A stretch of 64,000 bases of DNA from Octopus sinensis (GCF_006345805.1 NC_043013.1:32984001-33048000), one strand, 5' to 3'; positions 14,931 to 28,137 are shown, counted from the stretch's first letter. Made by a program: numbers and translations. The notes: generated by a model from the letters alone, not told the origin.

Positions 14931-15107
14931 TAATATTGGCAAAGGATTGAGAACAAACAGAATCTTTAGAGGTTCCTCGTGGTGTTTGTCTTGGCTCTCA
15001 GCATTTTCAATTCGAACCATTCTAAGGACAACACTGTGCGGTTTATTTCAGTTTGCTATCTAATTACTAGTCCAGGACAGAAGATTAGTGATACAAATAA
15101 AGGATCT

Positions 15108-15300
15108 AAGGCGGTGAGCTGGCGGAATCGTTAGCGCTCCCGATAAAACGCTTAGCAGCATTTTTTCCGTCTTTACGTTCTGAGTTCAAATCCCGCCAAG
15201 GTCGACTTTGCTTTACATCATTTCATCGATATAAAAGGCAGCTGTTGAGCAATGAGGTACATGTATTCGGCTTTCCCTAAAAGTTTGGGCCTTGTGTCCA
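15108..15300 (+). mobile_element. SINE family B, diverged
   Basis: aaggcggtgagctggcggaatcgttagc...gagttcaaatcccgccaaggtcgactttgc. Confidence 0.75.
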
Positions 15301-15507
15301 AGTGTTTCATAAACTAATAATTTTATCAGAAGATAACGTGGATAAATGTCCTCTAATATTATTGGTTTGAAATTTCGGCACAAGGCTAGGAATTTGGTGG
15401 GAAGTTTAAGTCAATCCCATCGGACATGCCCAATCTACTTCTACTATATGCGTATTATTTCGTCACTGATTTAGTTGCTGCACATTGTCGTCTCAATTGT
15501 GTCATTT

Positions 15508-15694
15508 CGGACTTCTTTGGGTAAAAGAAAATACAGGAGAATCAGTTAATTATGATTTTATTCAACATATCCCATTCTTAGATTCACCCACTTATTGCAG
15601 CCGTCCTTCGGCTTTTCTAAGCGCTGCAAAAGAACTCCAACCCAGCCTTTTTTGTGATAACCTTATAGCCAAGAACTTTTCGGCATCCTCTCGT
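15508..15694 (-). mobile_element. Mariner-derived MITE-like remnant
   Basis: TIR-like cgagaggatgccgaaaagttcttggc; interior resembles a decayed mariner C-terminus (..EK.K.R.NK.VNLR.EYVE*). Confidence 0.55.
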
Positions 15695-16309
15695 GTAAGA
15701 AAGTTACTCCGAGCTTTTTATTTTCCATATTGCGACCTTTATGAAAATACACGTATCACTGTGTGTTTGTATCTGTTTAAGATTTTGAGCTTATCAGTGT
15801 AAAATGGCACGGAGTGTTGCGTAGAGTAACGTTAAATGACGGCAAACTTTTGCCACGCAATAAAAGACGAAACAACTAAAGAAGTACCAGAGTGAAACAA
15901 GAACTGCTATGATAAAATACTGTCAAGATCCACAAAGGGAATGCCCCAGCATCATAGTGATGGTGAGAGAAAAGAATAAAAGAACAAAAGAATATACAGA
16001 ATGCGAAAACCGTATAATCCTCTTGAAATAATTTCGAGTCCTCGTGTTTAGAGTACAGAAGAAAAATTGCATCAAATGGTCAGAAACGCAATGTTAGCGA
16101 CGAAGGGAAAAATAAGGAAAAACACAAAATATTTTGCTTAAGTAAGGCATCAAGTGGATCAATTTCTGACCCTAACATTATTGGTTGTGAACAGAAATTT
16201 ATTGCTAATCAATAGATACATATTATTGAATACAAAAATATACATCTCTATCTGTGTGTCTGTATGAGAACATCTATGTATATGTGTATGCTCGTATGAG
16301 TATATATAT

Positions 16310-16383
<74 letters not shown>

Positions 16384-16969
16384 ATAGATATATATAGTAT
16401 GTATATATGTGGGAACACGAGGTATATAAGTATATGTATATCTCTGCATTACGCCTTATTTTATACAGGCGTATAAATATTTATATGGTCGAGGAACCAC
16501 AAACAAAACATACATATATACAACACATTCATACATTCGAGCTATTCCAACACTCACACACACACATACACACACACACACATATATATGTATATTTATA
16601 CATATATATATTTATATATGTATATATGTGTGCGTTTCTATGAATATGTATATATATATATATATATTATATATGTATGTATGTATGTATATATATATAT
16701 TTATATATATATATATCAATGCAAATGTGAAGCTTTCATTGTCTATATAAACCGTTCGTAATTGATCTATACGTGTCTCTATTCATGTTATACATCAATA
16801 AAACTTGTTACTGTTCTCTTATGATGTATAAGTCAACATTGTTAAATGGTTCGTTCCACCAGTGTTCGTGTTCTCTTTGTATTTTCCTATTTATGATTTG
16901 TCTCATTTTTCCTGCTTTCCTACTGCATATGTTTCTAGTCTACACACACTCACACACACACACACACAC

Positions 16970-17880
<911 letters not shown>

Positions 17881-18271
17881 ACACACATATATATATAGTC
17901 ATACATACATATATATATGTATGCGTGTATGTATATATATACACTGTCTATAAATCAACTATATCAGTTTTATGTGTGTTAATATACTTCATCTTTGGAA
18001 ATATTGTTTTGACAGTTTTAAAATTTCGTGCGCTTTTGGTATTTTATAAATTTCCACAACGTTCACGAAGTAACACAAATATGTGGATTGGCTTAACATA
18101 AGTGATTGAAAAAACCTATTTTTGATAGAAAGAACTGTTTTTTTTGGATATCAAGATCATTTGCTATTAGGAGGAATTTAGAGCACGTTTTATATATGGA
18201 ACACGCTGTAGGCAAATTGTGGAGTTTTCACTCTGCAGCGAGTCTTATCTATCTATTATCTATCTATCTAT

Positions 18272-18345
<74 letters not shown>

Positions 18346-18383
18346 ATACATATATATATTATATATATATATATATATCTATA

Positions 18384-18414
<31 letters not shown>

Positions 18415-18576
18415 CGTATATGTGTAGATATGTGTATATATGTCAGCGTCCTGCCATTGTATACAGCAAATCCATTGTGAAACTTCTTTCTTACTGATAA
18501 GAATACATATAGATTAACATACGTATATACATCCATTCATACATATATATATATATATGTACAGGTATTTTATGCA

Positions 18577-18970
18577 AGGCGAAGATGTAGCTGTATGGTA
18601 AAAAGCTTGCTTCCCAATCACGTGGTTCCGGGTTCAGTCCCCACATGGCACCTTCGGCAAATGTCTTCTACTATAGACTTGGGCCGACCAAAGCCTTGTG
18701 AGTGGTTTTGGTAGGGGGAAACTGAAAGAAGACCGTGGTATATAAATACATATAGGTGTGTCTTTTTGTCTGTGTGCCTTTGTGTCCCCTGCTACTATCG
18801 ATTCACAACCGATGTTGGTGTATCTATATCTGCATAACTTAACGGTTCAGCAAAGAAGTTCCATAGAATAAGTACCAGGCTTACAAAGAATATTCCTTGG
18901 GTCGATTTGTTCGAAAAAAAAGGCGGTGCTCTAGACTTGCTATAGTTAAAGTACTGAAAAAATAAAAGAA
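18577..18970 (+). mobile_element. SINE family A, full length
   Basis: B-box-like GGTTCAGTCCC; same body and tail as 1185-1629. Confidence 0.85.
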
Positions 18971-19096
18971 TATATATATATATAGAAATTCGGGGTGAGT
19001 ACTTGATAATTATAAGCACCTGTGTATACCGTTTGGTGGTGTAGGTGGTGGAGTAAATTGATCAAAATAAAATAAAAACATGATGCGAAGGATTCA

Positions 19097-19172
19097 GCGG
19101 TACATATGTTTCGGGCTTTATTAGACAGATTTATAACAATGCAAATGTATGTCTGTGGCCTTCTTCAGCCGC
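19097..19172 (-). ncRNA. Type I hammerhead ribozyme motif (sense to the PLE ORF)
   Basis: GCGG-CUGAAGA-A-GGCC-ACAGA..UCUGU..(G)CCC-GAAA-C-AUAU-G-UA-CCGC: stem I GCGG/CCGC, conserved core, GUA cleavage triplet. Confidence 0.7.
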
Positions 19173-21034
19173 GCACAAAGCTTCCACGAGGACATGTGTT
19201 ACATCAAAAATTCTTGGTTGGGGATGCAAATCCTCTCATTCACGTACGACATAATGCGGCAGCAGCATAGAGTTGAAGCGTCCATCTCTTTCTTCTCTCA
19301 ATGTAGAATGAGGAAAATTGGATGTGAGGTAATGTAATAAATAAATACATATATAGAGGTGAAGATGGAGGGGCGAGAGTTCGGGACGAGGGATAAAAAA
19401 TGTATAAAAAGTGTAAGTATAGAATAATATAAAAATGTAGAGGATAAAGGGTTGTAAGTAGATGTAAAGGGGGTATAAAGAAATATAAAGTAAAAATAGA
19501 AATAGAAATAAAAGTAAAAAAACCTGATAAAAACATGATAAAAGTGTAAAAGAATGTAAAGATAAGGGATGTATAGAGGTTATGGACCAAGCATGGTGGT
19601 CAGGAGATTGATAAAATTTAGTTGTAGAATTGTCAGTACATCAACAGTTTCGTCTGGGGACTTAATGCGTTGTAAATCAGAGCTGATGAGCATTTAATCT
19701 GGTTCCTTGAATTAAATGGACTTCTAGTACATACATATCATCATGGATATATACACCCACATACCCGCGTACATATACGCCTCCAAGCCCATAAGCATAC
19801 ACACGCACTCGCGTGTAAACACGTACATAAACACACACGCACCCACACGCACGCGCGTACACACACATACATACAACAGAATATCCGCATATATACACGG
19901 ACATTACGCGCGTACACGCTCACATGTATATACGCGCGCCCATCACTACATACACACACGTATATGCCCACGCCTCTAGGTCCAGGTATAAGATATTAAA
20001 GGATGTGTATAAGAACGTATGTAAAGAATCCCGTACTCATGTCAATACGCGCACGCACACACGGCTGTGTGTCCGTATGTGCGTGCACATATACACTCAT
20101 ATACACACACAGAGACACACGCGCACATGGGTATAGCTATAGGATATCGAAGTATGCATGTACATATATGCGCGTGCATATGTATGTATGCGTATACACA
20201 CGTACGCGGACGCTCGTATATTCAAAAGGTGGATCCATAGGTAAGTAAATAAACATATATAGAGGTGTAAAGCGATAAGTTAGGGGAAGAATGAGGGTAA
20301 GGGTAAAGATTAGAAATAAAAAATACAGTATAAAATAAGAAATACAATGTAATAGTTAGAAATGAAGTATAAGAATTATAAAAATTATAAGAGTTAAGGT
20401 AAGGGATTAAAATGAAAATGAGAATAAATGGAAGTAGAATAAAAGTAAAAATAAAATTAAAAAAAAAAATTAAAATAAATGGAAGTAGGATAAAAGTAAA
20501 ATAAAGTAAAAATCAAATAAAATAAAATAAAATAAGATAAAAATATAATTTTGTAAAGTTTAACATGAGATGAAGGTGGTTGAAAGTTAGAGGTGTGTGT
20601 TAAACGTAGGGGCGGGGCGGGGGAACTGAAAATTGGAAGGGTGGGGAAGTGGGAGTTTGGGGTGTGCGTTCAACATCTGAGTTAGAAATGTGAAAGGGTA
20701 TAGATATAGGGGATTAAAGAGACTAGGGACATAGGGAGGATATGGTGTAGGAGAAGAAATATTTAGGGAAAAGAAGTCATATATGGGAGACAAAATTTGT
20801 ATATATAGGGGGAAAATGCAGGGAACCCTATATGCACGTACACACACCCACACACACACACACACGCACATGTACATATATATGTATATGTACACATACG
20901 TACACGTATGTGCACATACATACGCACACACACACAAATACACATATACACGCACATATAGGAAAGCGGGATGTGCTGGAGCCGACAGGTTGCACCGGGT
21001 GGGAGGAAATTGCATGGGGGAGTTGGTATAAGAC

Positions 21035-22693
21035 CTAAGCATTGTAGTATTTGAAAGTATTAATAAGTTTATGTATACAGGATGGTTTGAACTCTGACCT
21101 TTTGTTAATAAGATTGTGTTTGTCTTTGAATTTCAAGATGTTAAGGAGTTCTACACAGCATAGTTGGCATCCTGCTCTATTATTTAAATAAGGTGCAGCT
21201 GATCCGATGATGGACCATCTGAGTTTGAAGCCTATGCATTTGTCTTTTAATTCCCAAATTCTTTTAGAGAGGGAGGTGCTGTTAGCCTTATGTCTGTGTC
21301 TCAGCGAGGACCGGTGGTTGTAGTATCTGGATTTCCAGGAGGTTGAGCAACCAATATAGGTGAGTGTGTTAAACTGAGTACTCACCTCACATGAGTATAT
21401 TACGTTTTTCGCCCTACATGCGCCCTGCAGCGGGCACTCTGATGCACATCTGCAGTTGCATTGCATTGCATTGTTCGGTCGTGTACTGCTAATCCCAGGC
21501 GGAGGTGTTGCAATACGAGTGGGGGCGTTGGTATCCTCCTGGTTGTTGATGGGTGTAGTATTTCCTCTGTTGTGTTGGCGGGTGTTATTACTAACTGTTT
21601 GGGTAGTATATGGCTGCCAGTCTGGTTATATTGTCTACTGTCTGGATGAGGGGGTTCTGTTGGTCGCTATGGTTTGCTCTTGATCTAGCTGTTCTAATAT
21701 TAATATAGTTATGTTTAGCTATGAGGCAGCTCATGTTGGGCAGGGTAGAGTAGGAAATCCTAATAGTTTTGTTGGAGAAGATACTTCTATACTTGTGGGT
21801 GGGTGGGAAGTTGTTGGAAATTATAGAGAATATTCTCTTACATAACTTACCCCTAACTGCTAAGTTGAAAGGTATGTTGAACCATATATATTTGCGTAAT
21901 CTACTATTATCCCTTCTATTTCTCCTAATAGGATCTATATGCTCTCGTCGGGAGGGTTACTATTGTGTGCTGTTCTATTAGTTCGCCTATTTCCCATACG
22001 TTGTTTGGAGTTTAAATTAGAATTATCGCTAGTGTGAGTTGAGTGCTGAGTTCGATTATAATTGGGAGTCTTATGGCCGACGGACGCTCCCGGGTGGTCT
22101 ACATATGATATTCTCTGGTTATACCCGGCACTATAGAGAGCCTGGTTGTAGTGTTGTGCATGATTATTGAAAATTTCTCTATTAGAGGATAGTTTTGTCA
22201 GTCTGTCTGAGATGGCTTGGACCGTGGTGCTAATTATACAGGGTGGATGGTTGGAAGAGGTATGGATGTATTGGTAGTTTCTTCTGGTTTCCTATACGGG
22301 TAGTGAAGGTGCTTATTCAAATCTAACGTAACATCTAAGAAGTTTACTATTTTAGTATTGGTCATAAATTCTAGTTTAAGATTGAAGGATTTGAAAAAAG
22401 CCTGATCTTTTTCCTAATTCTTTCTAGTTTACTCCTATTGTTGGTGGGGTATATGAAGAGAGCGTCGTCTCTGTATAGACCCCCCTGAAGATCCGGTACC
22501 TCGGAGAAAAGCTTCTTGAGCAGGTAGGCCCCGACCAAGTCAGTCACCTGAGCTGAATCGCTCGAGCCCATAGCCACATCGAAATTGTCGGGGGTATCGG
22601 ATCTGGTCCAGAGTCTACCGTCGAATTCTATTATGGTTTTTCTAGCTAATAGAATTATGTCAATTTTTTCTCTGTCTATGAGTGAAAGGTTGC
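21035..22693 (-). pseudogene. PLE reverse transcriptase (5'-truncated), thumb/linker and GIY-YIG endonuclease, about 4 frameshifts
   Basis: FDVAMGSSDSAQVTDLVG..GLYRDDAL; VNFLDVTLDL..YPYRKP; YIHTSSNHPP; RKYIWFNIPF..FPPTHKYRSIFS..IRISYSTLPNM; CNCR..CPLQGAC..VIYSCEV..TYIG..WKSRYYNH..CQLC..NKRSEF..CIH. Confidence 0.9.
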
Positions 22694-24122
22694 GCCCGCC
22701 CCTACGTTTAACACAACCTCTAACTTTCAACCTTCATCTCATGTTAAACTTTACAAAATTATATTTTTATCTTATTTATTTTATTTTATTTTTACTTTTA
22801 TTTTACTTTTATCCTACTTCCATTTATTTTATTTTATTTTTAATTTTATTTTTACTTTTATTCTACTTCCATTTATTCTCATTTTCATTTTCATCCCTAC
22901 CTTAACTCTATAATTTTTATAATTCTTATACTCATTTCTAACTATACATTGTATTTCTTATTTTATACTGTATTTTTTATTTCTAATCTTTACCCTTACC
23001 CTCATTCTTACCCCTAACTTATCGCTTTACACCTCTATATATGTTTATTACTTACCTATGGATCCACCTTTTGAATATACGAGCGTCCGCGTACGTGTGT
23101 ATACGCATACATACATATGCACGCGCATATATGTACATGCATACTTCGATATCTTATAGCTATACCCATGTGCGCGTGTGTCTCTGTGTGGTATATGAGT
23201 GTATATGTGCACGCACATATGGACACACAGCGTGTGGTGTGCGTGCGCGTATTGACATGAGTACGGATTCTTTACATACGTTCTTATACACATCCTTTAA
23301 TATCTTATACCTGGACCTAGAGGCGTGGGCATATACGTGTGTGTATGTAGTGATGGGCGCGGGTATATACATGTGCGTGTGTACGCGCGTAATGTCCGTG
23401 TATATATGCGGATATCTGTTGTATGTTGTGTGTGTACGCGCGTGCGTGTGGGTGCGTGTGTGTTTATGTACGTGTTTACACGCGAGTGCGTGTGTATGCT
23501 TATGGGCTTGGAGGCGTATATGTACGCGGGTATGTGGGTGTATATATCCATGATGATATGTATGTACTAGAAGCCCATTTAATTCAAGGAACCAGATTAA
23601 ATGCATCAGCTCTGATTTACAAAACGCATTAAGTCCCCAGACGAAACTGTTGATGTACTGACAATTCTACAACTAAATTTTATCAATCCCCTGACCACCA
23701 TGCTTGGTCCATAACCTCTATACATCCCTTATCTTTACATTCTTTTACACTTTTATCATGTTTTTATCAGGTTTTTTTACTTTTATTTCTATTTCTATTT
23801 TTACTTTATATTTCTTTATACGCCCTTTACATCTACTTACAACCCTTTATCTCTACATTTTTATATTATTCTATACTTACACTTTTTATACATTTTTTAT
23901 CCCTCGTCCCGAACTCTCGCCCCTCCATCTTCACCTCTATATATGTATTTATTTATTTACATTACCTCAACATCCAATTTTCCTCATTCTACATTGAGAG
24001 AAGAAAGAGATGGACGCTTCAACTCTATGCTGCCTGCGATTATGTCGTACGTGAATGAGAGGATTTGCATCCCCAACCAAGAATTTTTGATGTAACACAT
24101 GTCCTTGTGGAAGCTGTTGTGC

Positions 24123-24200
24123 GCGGCTGAAGAAGGCCACAGACATACATTATGCATTGTTATAAATCTGTCTAATAAAGGCCCGAAACATATGTACCGC
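24123..24200 (+). ncRNA. Type I hammerhead ribozyme motif (inverted-arm copy)
   Basis: gcgg ctgaaga a ggcc acaga...tctgt ctaataaa ggccc gaaa c atat g ta ccgc; predicted cleavage after A24196. Confidence 0.75.
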
Positions 24201-24256
24201 TGAATCCTTCGCATCATGTTTTTATTTTATTTTGATCAATTTACTCCACCACCTAT

Positions 24257-24293
<37 letters not shown>

Positions 24294-24294
24294 A

Positions 24295-24333
<39 letters not shown>

Positions 24334-24394
24334 ATGTATAATTTCTGATGGATGCCACGATTCGGCGCAAAACGAATCAGTTTCAGCGCAGGAT

Positions 24395-24915
24395 TCAACT
24401 TTCCAGGAAGTTGCCAATTCCTCAGACCTTTTCAGGAAGTTGCCCAAGCTTCGGAACTTTCCATGAATTCGCTCCTCCTCGGAACATTCCAGAAAATTTC
24501 CTGCCCTCCCCTACCTGGGATATTTCCGGGAAATTGCCTGCCCTCCCTTTCGTCGGATACTTCAAGGAAATTGCTTATTCCTCGGAACTTTCGAGGTAGT
24601 TGCGCCTCGTCGGAACTGTTCAGGATGTTGCGCGTCCTGTCTTCCTCGGAATTTTCCAGGAAGTTGCCCATGGCTTGAACCTTTCCAGGAAGCTGCCTGT
24701 CCTCCCCTTTCTCGAATATTTCCAGGACTTTGCCCCTCCTCGGAACGTTCCAAGAATTTTCTTATTCTTCGGAACTTTCCAGGAAGTTTCCTGTCCTCCT
24801 TGGAACTTTCCAGGAAGTTTCCAATTCTTCAGACCTGGCCAGGGAGTGGACTACCATCTTCTTTTTCGGATATTTCCAGGAAGTTGCCCCTCCTCGGAAC
24901 TTTCCAAGAAGGTGC
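24395..24915. repeat. Degenerate tandem array, ~28-37-bp units, consensus approx. cctcGGAACTTTCCAGGAAGttgcc
   Basis: About 17 units; 11 TTC-N3-GAA matches, 6 of them exact TTCCAGGAA. Confidence 0.85.
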
Positions 24916-24954
24916 CCATTCCAACCTCTCCTCGGTCTTTTCCACACATCTGTG

Positions 24955-25100
24955 GTTCCACAAAAGCATCCACCACATCTTGTAAAGTGGTCGGTGCTAG
25001 GCAGTGCATGCTGCCACAGAAATCCCTTCTTGTCGGGTTTTAGCCAAATCGTGCAACCCATGCCAGCATGGACAGCGTTCATTATATGATGATGATGATA
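24955..25100 (+). mobile_element. Retroposon 3' tail (RTE-related SINE/LINE end) with (GAT)n
   Basis: aaagcatccaccaca...caacccatgccagcatgga...tgatgatgatgat; family from recalled similarity. Confidence 0.5.
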
Positions 25101-25811
25101 TATATATATTTACACATATCCTTTTATTCTTTTACTTGTTTCAGACATTTGACTATGTCGATACTGTAGCACTGCCTTCAGTCAAACGAATCGACTCCCA
25201 AACCTTATTCAATGTAAGCCTAGTACGTATTCTATCGTCTTTTTTATGGGGACGTAAACACACCAACATCAGTTGTCAAGCGATGGTGAGTGACAAACTG
25301 AGAAAAATAAATCAATACATTAAATGTCAACTTGAATCATGCTTGCTTGCATTGTTACCCAGTCAAACTGGCGCATAATGAGAGAATTCTATGAATTAAG
25401 TTTACCTTGAAATGTTAATACGAACGGAATAAATCAACTATTTAATTTTTTGTATCTATCAGTATATCACTAATCTTTGTGGAAGAATTTTGCGCATAGA
25501 GTAACTTTTGTCTAGTGGGTATTTTATCTGCAAGCTCTTTCTTTTTTCAGCTCCTCAAACACACGTCTTCCGGGCTAATTCGTGCAGAGGAAGTTATATT
25601 TAGTGATGGTGTTGACTATTTACAGCTTAGGTTTGGAATTATAATTCTTATAAAGTATTCTTTTGTCCTTCGTAGTTGATCATTTTCAACATTCCTTTTG
25701 TAAAAGTAGAATATTATAAATTCTCCATTTCCACAAATGTAAAGATGCTTATTTCCTGTAATATTTCTAAGAGAGGAATCTTTATTTTACTGTTTTTGCA
25801 CATTTACATAA

Positions 25812-26022
25812 CTCTTTTAACTTTTACTTGTTTCAGTCATTTGACTTTGGCCTATATATATATATACGACGGGCTTATTTCAGTTTCCGTCTACCAAATG
25901 CACTCACAAGGCTTTGGTCGGATCGAGGCTATAGTAGAAGACACTTGCCCAAGGTGCCACGCAGTGGGACGGAACCTGGAACCATGTGATTCGTAAGCAA
26001 GCTACTCACCACACAGCCACTC
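25812..26022 (-). mobile_element. SINE family A, internally deleted (head plus tail)
   Basis: Head joined through (TA)n directly to the tail tip. Confidence 0.8.
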
Positions 26023-26029
26023 GTCAGTG

Positions 26030-27120
26030 CAGTTCACATTGCATTGTAGACATGTGATGTAGTAGATGAAATTATTGTTTTGCAATTCACGTTTGCATTC
26101 AGCTTCAATACTTTCCCATTTTTGATTGCTCCTTGTTCAATTCATTTGATTGTTCATTCTTCAGTTATTTCACATGTCCCTTAACAAAGGCCTCCACAGT
26201 TTGTTACCTGTATTATTTCTTTCTCCTATGTAAATCTCAACTTTATCAGGAGTCTCTTGAGATTTGGTGGTTGCTTTCGGATGTTGATGATTTGTGATTT
26301 TCTAATTATGTGTGGAAGATTTGATGATTGATGTAGAATTGAAAGTTATCATTTGGCTGCATGTACGATGATCCAGTTCTTAACATTATGGGTTACTACT
26401 GATTGAATATTTATATTTGTATTTTTCCTTTCATCCTCCCCGAAAGGCAGAGATCAGGATTTCTTTTGCTTTAGCTATGGCATGTTTCATTAGCATTTGT
26501 GGTTATTTTGTCTTTGAAGGAAAATATTTAGTTCTACCAGATGTTTCTTCTATTCATCGGTCTTTGAGCATATTGAGCTTATACTTCTTGTCATATTGAA
26601 CAGTATGCTCCTTTTTGCGTGGGAAGGGTGACAAGATCTAAAATCTAAATATTGCTGTATGTCTCTTTTTGCTATAAAGATTGCTGGTAACGGTTTCATA
26701 TTCTTTAATTAAGATGTTCAGAAATGTGAGTTTCCTTTCATTCAGCTCCACGCTGAATTAGGTCTATTCATGAATGTAAGGTCTTCTTAACGTTTGTTCC
26801 AAAATATGAAACAGTCATCCAACAATCGTTTCCAGTTCCGTATGAAATAGGTATGGAAATGATGATCTAAAGTATCTCCGAACAGAGTGTAAGATTTTTC
26901 TTCCAGTTAACCTATTATTAGTGTCGTAAACGTAGGGTCAACTTTAATCACCATTGATGGACTGCTATTTGTATATAATATTGATTGTCAAGGAAGTAGT
27001 TGTTTTCAAATACTAACCGCAGTCCTTGAATTATAAACAGTTTTGAGAATCTCTCTTGAATTCTTTGTGGGTATTTGTTTATGCAGAATTCGACTACATC
27101 TAATCCTAATCCATGGGGAA
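26030..27120 (-). pseudogene. Second, decayed Penelope-like element (Neptune-like RT to start of GIY-YIG)
   Basis: IPHGLGLDVVEF...FENNYF..YYIQ..; NWKRLLDDCFIFWN; LTFLNILI; YLDFRSCHPSH; NCK..NFIYYITCLQC; many stops and frameshifts. Confidence 0.75.
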
Positions 27121-27202
27121 TATTGACTGCATGGCCGCAGTCAATGACTGAAACAACTAAAAGAGTAAAATAATATATATATATACATATATATATAGGT
27201 GT

Positions 27203-27268
<66 letters not shown>

Positions 27269-28137
27269 ACATAAATATATATGCAGAGAAAAAGATAGAG
27301 TGCGAGTGAGAGAGATAAATAAATGAATAGATAGATAGATAGATAGATAGACAGATAGATAGATAGATAGATATATAGATAGATGAGTTCTCGGAATCCT
27401 TGAATGTTGATAAATGTAAGTATTTTACTTGTTTGGAAGCTGGTGCGATTAACAAATCTTCCAGTTTTTAACGGGGGAAATTAATTCTAATTTGAAGATT
27501 CTTTACTATATAGGAAAATGTCTTTATTAGATCCAGCAGAACACAAATGATATGATTTTTCAAAACATATTTCGTCTTTAGAAGAGACATGACACATATT
27601 TCTCAGAAAACGGATTATTGTGAAGAAAAACTCCAACGTGCGTGGTATTTATTATCATTTGCCATTTATAAGCTCTTAAAAAAACAAACGAAAAAACATA
27701 CGCCATATTAATAATAGGAGAAAAAGATACTTTTTTAACCATCTTCAAAGAAATAAACTTTGAGGTTATATACGTTTTCATATGCAATGGATATTGAACT
27801 GCAGACTGATAAGATATACAGCCGACAGACAGAGTAAAATACAAGAAATTTTGTAATATTCAATGGAAGTGGAATATGATATATATAAATTTTCTGAAAA
27901 TACTTGCAATTACCGTTTTCCATCTTACCCTCGAGTCTGCAATAAATCAGCGAAATATGGAGATACCAGTGTCATTTTTTGTTTTAAATTACAATATTCT
28001 TTCATTTTAGACCGAGTAAACAATTTTGAAACTCCGAGTAACGGCATAAATTAGCGAACACACGCACATACACACCCACCGACACATACATACATATATG
28101 TGTGCGTGTGTAAATATGAGTGCATGTAAGATGCCGG

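Larger units (their letters stand above)
19042..24255 (-). mobile_element. Penelope-like retroelement (Naiad-like), 5'-truncated, with inverted copy of its 3' region
   Basis: Arms 19042-20616 and 22694-24255 are reverse complements; the spacer encodes PLE RT and GIY-YIG on the minus strand. Confidence 0.9.

Noticed and set aside
21035-21466. Selenoprotein-type Naiad (in-frame TGA at Cys positions, SECIS)
   Set aside because: The GIY-YIG region is open with ordinary Cys codons at the CNC, CPL..C, C..LC and C.H positions; no convincing SECIS seen.
23605-23662. Second hammerhead in the PLE arm (GTC-CCCA-GAC-GAAA stem II)
   Set aside because: No CUGANGA directly 5' of the stem; only a half motif.
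24395-24915. CRISPR-like array
   Set aside because: Eukaryotic context; repeats are degenerate, spacers are short and related to each other; no cas genes.
24352-25089. Overlapping 100-150-aa ORFs over the GGAACTTTCCAGGAAG array as a repeat protein
   Set aside because: Unit lengths are not multiples of three, and the same peptide words appear in all frames.
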